Assembly (NCBI GenBank): GCA_050633305.1 | Contig: JBOEGF010000024.1 | Location: 160,001 to 224,000, forward strand | Length of the DNA stretch: 64,000 nt | Reading direction: 5' to 3' | From: Nannocystales bacterium | GTDB lineage: Bacteria > Myxococcota_A > Polyangia > Nannocystales > Nannocystaceae | In this document: positions 10,638 through 17,488 of the stretch, piece after piece | How the letters are laid out: every line of letters starts with the position of its first letter | Position numbering within the stretch: the first letter of the stretch is position 1 | Notes under the pieces: generated by a model | Told to the model about the DNA's origin: nothing | The model's database searches: none | Seen by the model: the letters and a program-made list of their open reading frames with translations, nothing else | Program-made: the position numbers and the translations under genes

Positions 10638-11915
10638 TCAATCACCCGGCAACGCAAGCTTCACGAGCACCGGAGCCCCGCTACTCTCATCAACCCCGCC
10701 GAGAAGGATGGCCCCTTGGCTATCCGTTGCCAGGACCGAGTCTTGGGGCGGGTATGGCGAGCGGGTCTGCGTGCTGTAGGACCACGCGTTCTCGCCCCCT
10801 GGGACCTGGGCGCGAATCAGCCCTCCATCTGTCCCGAGCCAGTGCCCGCGGGAATCCATCGCAAACCCTTCGAGCTTTCGTGGCCCCTCCAGCGGCTGCG
10901 GATTGGAATCGCAACCCTCGGCGTCACACGTGAGCACCCATGTCTCCTCTTCGAAGGAGACATCGGACTGACCCGCGACGAGCATGCTCTCGCCATCTGG
11001 AGACGGCAGCAGGAACGATGCCCAAGTGTCTCCCTCCCCCGTCATTGCACTCCAATGCAACTCGCCGTCCAACCCGAATGCCGCGACCCATCCGATGGAG
11101 TCAGTGTTGGCGCGTGCGAATCCAGTGGCAAAAAGCTGGTCGCCCCACCGGCGGATCGCGTGCACCTCTCGCACAAATTCATCACTAGCGGAGACCCCCC
11201 AATCCTGAACTCCATCGGAGCTGTAGTGCGCCAGTGTCCCCGCTGCGCCGGCCCAACCAGCGACGTACACGCCCTGTTCATCCGCAGATGCGCCCATGAA
11301 GCCTCCCCCCGAGGAAATACCGACCCGTTGCGACCAAAGCTCCTCTCCCGTTTCAGGGTCGAAGCGCACCAGCAGGGGATCGGGGACAAAGAACTCCTCC
11401 CCGACATGCCCGACGGCATACACACTTCCATCCGTCCCGCATACGACCTCATAGAAGTAGACCGGTTCGGTTTCCCCATACTGCGTGTCCCACAGGGATA
11501 CGCCGTCGCTCGAAACACGCTCGACGAATCCGGCACCATCGGTCAGAGGATCCGCGTCGCTGCTCACAACCAGGATGTCGTCGTTGGTGTGGACGCAGAT
11601 CGAATGGACCCGCGCTCCCGAGAGTGCGGTCCGCCATGTTTCTTGGGGCGGCTCGAACGACTCTCCGCTCCCGCTTGATCCGTCCGTGTCCGTGCTCGAG
11701 GGGGACTGCGTGCCACTGCCTTCGTTGCCGCTGTCGGCCGTGCTGCCCAGTCCGGAACTCCCAGTCGCCGAGTCCGACCCCGAGCTGGAGCCTGTCGAGC
11801 CCGTCCCTGTTGTCCCTTCGGAACTCTCCGAGACATCATCGCCGCACGCAGCCACGAGCGAAGCGAGCGCGACGGTGACAAGGAGTCGGTCGGTGAATCG
11901 CCGAGGTCGGCGCAT
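10638..11915 (-). CDS. Lipoprotein with Ser/Thr/Gly linker and beta-propeller domain
   Basis: LVAAC lipobox; repeated DG..LW motifs. Confidence 0.7.
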   Translation of the reverse strand: MRRPRRFTDRLLVTVALASLVAACGDDVSESSEGTTGTGSTGSSSGSDSATGSSGLGSTADSGNEGSGTQSPSSTDTDGSSGSGESFEPPQETWRTALSGARVHSICVHTNDDILVVSSDADPLTDGAGFVERVSSDGVSLWDTQYGETEPVYFYEVVCGTDGSVYAVGHVGEEFFVPDPLLVRFDPETGEELWSQRVGISSGGGFMGASADEQGVYVAGWAGAAGTLAHYSSDGVQDWGVSASDEFVREVHAIRRWGDQLFATGFARANTDSIGWVAAFGLDGELHWSAMTGEGDTWASFLLPSPDGESMLVAGQSDVSFEEETWVLTCDAEGCDSNPQPLEGPRKLEGFAMDSRGHWLGTDGGLIRAQVPGGENAWSYSTQTRSPYPPQDSVLATDSQGAILLGGVDESSGAPVLVKLALPGD

Positions 11916-12133
11916 CCCATCACGGATTTCTGTTGCGTTGGTCATTGGGACAGTGTCCAGGCGGCGCGAGAGCTGCCAAGTCCGGTAGACGCCAGACGAC
12001 GCAAAACGATCATGCCCCTTTTTGCGGTACACAGCGCGCATACCACGGGTCGGTGACGACGCCGGCCATCACCCCGTGGTCCCAGGGCGGTGGTGTACAG
12101 GCGCTCGCTCCCGGCGAGCACGATTCCTGCGCG

Positions 12134-12412
12134 CTACGTCGCCGCGCACCGGCGTGTCAGATCCGCGACAAGGCAAAATCCGGTCGCCTCTCCGTAGAAG
12201 CTTTGGAGGAGGGACAGCAGGGCTCGCGCCTGGTCATCGTCGATCCAAGTCAGGTCCCATCCCGACCCAAAATCGTCCGCCGCATGGAGCAGGACGTAGT
12301 TCCATCGTCCAGCATCGAACACGTCGACGGGAATTCCGGCGGAGACGAGCGCGTGGCGATGCGTCCGTAGCCAGCGCACCTCTGCCGTCTTGTTTTTCTG
12401 CCGGAATCCCAC
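12134..12412 (-). CDS. Small hypothetical protein
   Basis: Protein-like composition (WLRTHRHALVSAGIP...GWDLTWI); start guessed. Confidence 0.4.
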   Translation of the reverse strand: MGFRQKNKTAEVRWLRTHRHALVSAGIPVDVFDAGRWNYVLLHAADDFGSGWDLTWIDDDQARALLSLLQSFYGEATGFCLVADLTRRCAAT

Positions 12413-12587
12413 GGGAGAGGTCCGATGCAACGGTGCCCGCGGTCCGAGCAAATGACAAGCGGTGGGACGCGCCACGGCGGAAGCCTGGGACGGCACGAGC
12501 CCTCGTCGACGCTAAGTCGGAAGTCATCTTCCGACTCGGCGCGCCCCGTGTTCGCACGGTGTTCCGTCGTCTACGCCTCTGCGTCGT

Positions 12588-12796
12588 CTGACGCCCGGAC
12601 CCAGGGTTGTTCTCGCGGAGGTGCCGCCAGGTGCTGACGCCCCTGACGCCCGGACCCAGGGTTGTTCTCGCGGAGGTGCCGCCGGTGGCCCAATGGCTTG
12701 GCTCATGGTCCGGAGGCGTGCTGACGCCCGGACCCAGGGTTGTTCTCGCGGAGGTGCCGCCGGTGGCCCAATGGCTTGGCTCGTGGTCCGGAGGCG
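12588..12796. repeat. Tandem left-end repeats of the RAYT-like element
   Basis: 41-bp CTGACGCCCGGACCCAGGGTTGTTCTCGCGGAGGTGCCGCC at 12588, 12643 and 12721; the last two extend to 76 bp with one mismatch. Confidence 0.9.
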
Positions 12797-12862
12797 GGCC
12801 GGCTCTGAGTCTCCGTCTTCACCGCAGACGCGGAATCACGGGGGTTCTTCTGCCCGTCAACG

Positions 12863-12878
12863 TGGTCGAGTCCTTGCT
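12863..12878 (+). promoter_or_regulatory. Putative sigma54 (-24/-12) promoter
   Basis: TGGTCGAGTCCTTGCT: GG-N10-GC with TTGCT; conserved in copy 2. Confidence 0.5.
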
Positions 12879-12978
12879 TTGTCTGATGAGCAGTGCGAGC
12901 CACAAACATGTTCTGCTTCGAGCGCTCGCGCCGCATCGCCTGCGCGCGCTCGTCCGGACGCACTCGGAGGTTCGTCCC

Positions 12979-13881
12979 GTGACCCGGCCTCGGTTCGTCA
13001 AGGCGGGCGAGGTCATCATGGGCACCCGCCGTTGCAGCGAGCGTCGCTTCTTCTTGCGACCCAGCTCCGTCACCGACCAGCTCTTTCTCTACTGCCTCGC
13101 CCGAGCCGCCCGTCTCTCGGGCGTCCTGCTCCACGAGTTTCAGGTCCTCAGCAACCACTATCACGTAGTCTTCACCGACGTTCGTGGGCAGCGTCCGCTG
13201 TTCTTTCGCGAGCTCAACCAGTTCGTCGCGCGGGGCGTCAATGCCAGCCTCGGTCGTTGGGAGAGTTTCTTCGCGCCCGGCTCCTACAACGCTGTTGCCC
13301 TTGTCGACGGCGATGCCATCGAAAGAGAGTGTCTCTACGTCCACTGCAACGTTGTCGAGGCTGGTCTCGTCAAGCTCCCCGAATACTGGGATGGCGTCTG
13401 CAGCTGGAAGATGGAGTACGGCCAGCCGAGGACGATTCGCCGACCCGCGGGGTTCTTCCGCGACTCCAGCGACAAGACGCTCGAAGAAGAGGCCCTTACG
13501 CTTGCGCGACCCGAGGCGCTCTATCCGGAGTTGGACGACGCGGAGGCGCGTGCCCAGCTTCGCGACAAGGCTCGCGAGCGAAGCCACGCGATTGCGGAGA
13601 AGCTCCGCGACAACGGCGGAGCGTTCATGGGCATGAGGCGCGTTCGCAGGCAGCCTCCCGACAGCTCGCCCAACACTCGCGCTCCGCGGCGTGGCATTCG
13701 GCCAACCGTGGCTGGCAAGAACAAGTGGGCCCGCATCGAAGCGCTCCTGCGCAACGAGGCCTTTCTCGAGGCTCACCACGATGCGCGTCTGCGTTTCGAG
13801 GCCGGTGAGCGCCGTGTTGTGTTCCCCCTCGGTACCTATCTGATGGTGCAGCGCTTTGGCGTTGCCGTTGCGAAAAGCTGA
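12979..13881 (+). CDS. Y1/HUH (REP-associated, RAYT-like) transposase
   Basis: TRRCSERRFFL, LSNHYH (HUH), YVHCNVVEAGLV; GGAGG at 12966-12970 before GTG; paralogue at 15073. Confidence 0.85.
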   Translation: MTRPRFVKAGEVIMGTRRCSERRFFLRPSSVTDQLFLYCLARAARLSGVLLHEFQVLSNHYHVVFTDVRGQRPLFFRELNQFVARGVNASLGRWESFFAPGSYNAVALVDGDAIERECLYVHCNVVEAGLVKLPEYWDGVCSWKMEYGQPRTIRRPAGFFRDSSDKTLEEEALTLARPEALYPELDDAEARAQLRDKARERSHAIAEKLRDNGGAFMGMRRVRRQPPDSSPNTRAPRRGIRPTVAGKNKWARIEALLRNEAFLEAHHDARLRFEAGERRVVFPLGTYLMVQRFGVAVAKS

Positions 13882-14062
13882 ACCACTCGCGGTCTTCGGC
13901 ACAGTAGACGAGCCAGGTGCTCGTCTGGCGGCGCTGGTTTCGCGGAGTCCTCGGGCCACGAAACGCGCCGCCCTCAGCCGAGATCCACTCTCCCGGGTGG
14001 TCCTGGTCACGCCGCTCCGGGGTCTCGTGCCCGGAGACGGCGGCCCTCCAGGCCCCTCCGCG

Positions 14063-14103
14063 CAACAACCCTGGGTCGGGGATCTGGGCTGGGGATCTGG
14101 GCT
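14063..14103. repeat. Right-end motif of copy 1 plus duplicated GGGGATCTGGGCT
   Basis: CAACAACCCTGGGTC followed by a 13-bp direct duplication. Confidence 0.8.
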
Positions 14104-14106
14104 GGG

Positions 14107-14817
14107 AGCCGAGGCGACTGGCCGGATATCGAACTGAGCGAGCAAGCGTTTCGTGCGTCGCTCAGGGAGCGAGGAATCGCACCGGAAGAGGTCGAGCATC
14201 CTTCCGAACTCTACCTGGCGACCGCAGCGTCGCTCCAAGACGCGCCCGCGGTCTGGCATTTGCGGGAGATGATTCGAGCCATCGCGCCCAAGGCGATCGC
14301 CGCGGCCCGATGTTTCGACCCCGACGACCTGACGCAGGATCTGCTCGACGCTCTCGTGGTTGGGGAACCGGACGACACTGGGACCGTCGGGCAATTCCGT
14401 GGCACGGGACCACTTTCGGCTTGGGTGCGGACGTGCGCGATGCGTCAGTGCCTCATGCGGCGGCGTCGCCGAGGACGCGCCGAGTCGATCCCCGACGAGC
14501 TACCCGCCGTGGCGGACTCGGGCTCCGACCCCGAGCTTGCGCGACTCAAGGGCACGCATCGCAGTGCCTTCGACGCGGCACTTCGGGAGGCTTTTGCCTC
14601 GCTCGACTCGCAGCAGCGCAACTTGATGCGACTCCACTACATCGATGGGCTTCAGCAACGAGGCCTCGCCGCGATGTACGGGGTGCACCCCGCCACCATG
14701 TCGCGGCGTTTCGCCGCGGCGCGACAGCAGATCCTGGAGGAGTCCCGGCGGGCGCTGAAGGCCAAGGGCGTCGCCGCGTCCGATGCTTGGGAGCTCGCCC
14801 AGAGTCAGCTCGAGTAG
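14107..14817 (+). pseudogene. Truncated ECF sigma-like gene, related to 6422-7315
   Basis: Frame reads WPDIELSEQAF...HPSELYLA...GPLSAWVR...LRLHY-like MRLHYIDGL...VHPATMSRR...SQLE*; the homologous N-terminal part has no start codon before the repeat; early TAG. Confidence 0.7.
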
Positions 14818-14956
14818 AGTATCCAGTCCCAGGGTTACATCGGCGGAGGTACCGCAGGTGGCCCAGTGGCCACGCTCGGGGCCCACCGGATGGCCACCGG
14901 CGGTGAACGGTCTTCCGCTACGCTTGGAATCACTCGGGTTCTTCGTCCGTCGAGGG

Positions 14957-14972
14957 TGGTCGACTCCTTGCT
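14957..14972 (+). promoter_or_regulatory. Putative sigma54 (-24/-12) promoter
   Basis: TGGTCGACTCCTTGCT, 116 bp before the start codon, as in copy 1. Confidence 0.5.
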
Positions 14973-15072
14973 GTATCTGATGAGTGGTGCGTTCCCGGAA
15001 CCCGTCCCGCCTTAACCACGCGCGCAGCATCTCCTTCGGGCGCTCGGCAGGATTTCCCTGGAGACCGTTCTC

Positions 15073-15981
15073 GTGACTCGGCCGCGCTTCATCGAGGTCG
15101 GAGAGGTTGTCATGGGCACGCGTAAGTGCAGCGAAGGTCGCTTCTTCCTGCGGCCCAGCCCGGCCACCGACCACCTCTTCCGCTATTGCCTCGCTCGAGC
15201 TGTCCGCCTCTCCGGCGTCCGACTCCACGAGTTTCAGGTCCTCAGCAACCACTATCACGTCGTCTTCACCGACGTTCGTGGCCAGCGGCCCGTCTTCTTT
15301 CGAGAGCTCAACCAGTTCGTCGCCCGAGGCGGCAACGCCAGTCTCGGTCGGTGGGAGAACTTCTTTGCGCCGGGCTCCTACAACGCCGTCAGTCTCGTCG
15401 ACGGTGACGCAATCGAAGACGAATGCCTGTACACGCTCTGCAACGTTGTCGAGGCCGGCCTCGTCAAGCTTCCCGAGTACTGGGATGGCGTCTGCAGCTG
15501 GAGCATGGAATATGGCCAGTCCAAGACGATTCCGCGGCCCAAGGGTTTCTTCGACGGCTCCAGCGACAAGACCCTCGACGAAGAGGTCCTCACGCTCGTC
15601 CGACCCGAGGCGCTCTACCCCGGCCTCACCGATGCCGAGGCTCGCGCGAAGCTTCGGGACAAGGCTCGCGAGCGAAGCCACGCGAAGGCTGAGGCCCTTC
15701 GAAAGAGCGAAGGGTCCTTCATGGGCATGAAGCGTGTTCGTCGGCAGCCCACTGATTCCTCGCCCAGCACCCGCCTTCCGCGACGCGGCATTCGTCCGAC
15801 CGTCGCAGGCAAGAACAAGTGGGCCCGCATCGAAGCCCTCCAGCGAAACGCGGTGTTCCTCGAGGAGCACGAGCACGCACGCTTACTCTTCGAGAGCGGG
15901 AAGCGCGACGTCGTCTTTCCGCGCGGTACCTATCTGATGGTCCAGCGCTTCGGCGTTGCCGTTGACGTCGCGAAGAACTGA
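15073..15981 (+). CDS. Y1/HUH (RAYT-like) transposase
   Basis: LSNHYH, YTLCNVVEAGLV; close paralogue of 12979-13881. Confidence 0.85.
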   Translation: MTRPRFIEVGEVVMGTRKCSEGRFFLRPSPATDHLFRYCLARAVRLSGVRLHEFQVLSNHYHVVFTDVRGQRPVFFRELNQFVARGGNASLGRWENFFAPGSYNAVSLVDGDAIEDECLYTLCNVVEAGLVKLPEYWDGVCSWSMEYGQSKTIPRPKGFFDGSSDKTLDEEVLTLVRPEALYPGLTDAEARAKLRDKARERSHAKAEALRKSEGSFMGMKRVRRQPTDSSPSTRLPRRGIRPTVAGKNKWARIEALQRNAVFLEEHEHARLLFESGKRDVVFPRGTYLMVQRFGVAVDVAKN

Positions 15982-16149
15982 ACCCTTGCGGTGTCAGGCG
16001 CAGCAGGCGAGCCCAGTGCTCGTCCGGGGGTGCTGGTTTCTCGCCGAGCGTGGCCCATAAAACACGACGCCCGGCCCCGGGGGCACTCCGCGGGCCCCGA
16101 TGTGCTTGTCGTGCCAGGCGATTCTTCACCCGGCTTGGCGCCGACGTGC

Positions 16150-16268
16150 CGGATTTCGGGTCAACAACCCTGGGTCAGGGATCCGCGATTCGGATTTCGG
16201 GTCAACAACCCTGGGTCAGGGATCCAGACGTGCCGGATTTCGGGTCAACAACCCTGGGTCAGGGATCC
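16150..16268. repeat. Three tandem 35-bp right-end repeats
   Basis: CGGATTTCGGGTCAACAACCCTGGGTCAGGGATCC at 16150, 16191 and 16234. Confidence 0.9.
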
Positions 16269-16575
16269 AGAGCCAAAGGCGGCGTCTGTGGGGGACCCCG
16301 GCGCTCAACCGAACTGATCGAGCGTACCCAGGCCCCAAGGGCTGTGTTTGCGAAAATCCCGCCAGGGTCGGGGCTCGGGGAGCGGGGGCTGCCTCCGACA
16401 CAGGACCGAGAACCCCGAGCGACTCCGTCCTTGCCGGGCCCGGAGGAAGAAAATGCAGTCGGGCGACCTTTTTCGTGAACCGATCGAGCCGACGCGACTT
16501 GGGTATGGGGAACGGCGGCTGCGTCGGCGCCGGCTATCCCCGCGGCGCGTCGACTCCACGCCAAAAAGACTCGCA

Positions 16576-16902
16576 ATGCTCATCATCTACAACGTATTCG
16601 CCCTGTTCGAGCTGCTGCTGCCAGTTGGGGCCGCGCTCATCACTCCCGACGCGGCTCGGCTCCCGGTCATCCTCGGTACGTACGCGATCGCCTGCTCGAT
16701 CTCGGAGCTGTTCCGTCGAGGTGGCCGGGTCTTCTTCCTTCCCACCTCGATCGCGGCCTACGGTTTGTTGACGCTGTTCGCGACGCACGGCTTCGGCCCC
16801 GTGTCGCTCCTGTTGTCGCTCGCGGCGGGGCTTGGCGCGTTCTTCGGCTTGCGGGCGCTCCGAGAGCGTCGCGGTCGTGTCGAAGGAGGGGAGGTCGAGT
16901 GA
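16576..16902 (+). CDS. Small membrane protein
   Basis: Several hydrophobic segments; overlaps the next start (GTGA). Confidence 0.55.
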   Translation: MLIIYNVFALFELLLPVGAALITPDAARLPVILGTYAIACSISELFRRGGRVFFLPTSIAAYGLLTLFATHGFGPVSLLLSLAAGLGAFFGLRALRERRGRVEGGEVE

Positions 16903-17312
16903 GCGGCGCTCGAACCCACCGGCGACTCCTCCTTGCGATGGGGGCGGCACTCACCTTGCCTGCGTGTCAGGGCGAGGACGATGCGGCTCCAGCTTCGCCG
17001 GAGGGGGTCTGGTTGCTCGACGCACCTGGCAGTGATGGCGTCTTCGGAGAGACCGTGGATTGCACGGACGACCCGGCTGTCGAAGCCACGCTGTCGATCG
17101 AGGCGGAACGCGTGACGTTCACGGTGCAAACGGAGGATTGTCGCCTGGGGCCGCACGAAGGCGACGTTGCCGAGGGCGAAGATGGATTCGTCGCGAACCT
17201 CGTCAACCGCTACGAGGAACACTCGACGCTCACATGTGTCGGCGATGGGCGGAACGCATACCTCTGCACGCACACTTGGCTGGATGGTGAACTCCGAATG
17301 ACTCGCCTCTGA
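16899..17312 (+). CDS. Lipoprotein
   Basis: LPAC lipobox; GGAGG upstream. Confidence 0.6.
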   Translation: MSGARTHRRLLLAMGAALTLPACQGEDDAAPASPEGVWLLDAPGSDGVFGETVDCTDDPAVEATLSIEAERVTFTVQTEDCRLGPHEGDVAEGEDGFVANLVNRYEEHSTLTCVGDGRNAYLCTHTWLDGELRMTRL

Positions 17313-17488
17313 TCGGATGCACGAGATGCCGTTGTCGTCGAGGACACGGACGAGGGTGGTCAAGCCGGAGGACACAACGTCCCCAATCGGGGAATGGTCG
17401 GATGGTGCTGGCCGGCCGGTCCATCGATATGACATCGGGCTGAAAGAGGACTGTCGCTCGCGCGTGAGAGCATTTGTCCCAGCCCGCC

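Larger units (their letters stand above)
12598..14077 (+). mobile_element. RAYT/IS200-like HUH transposase element, copy 1
   Basis: Transposase flanked by perfect 14-bp inverted GACCCAGGGTTGTT / AACAACCCTGGGTC. Confidence 0.75.
14826..16268 (+). mobile_element. RAYT/IS200-like HUH transposase element, copy 2
   Basis: Degenerate left end GTCCCAGGGTT, transposase, three right-end repeats. Confidence 0.75.

Noticed and set aside
12588..12796. Direct repeats as a CRISPR array (also 16150-16268)
   Set aside because: No unique spacers of regular length, no cas genes, and the repeats match the transposase element ends.
12883..12890. CTGATGAG (also 14977-14984) as a hammerhead ribozyme core
   Set aside because: No downstream stem-II-GAAA core in either copy; better explained as the region just after the putative sigma54 promoter.
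12607..12978. 124-aa N-terminal extension of transposase copy 1
   Set aside because: It reads through the end repeats; copy 2 has an in-frame stop there, and an RBS precedes GTG 12979.
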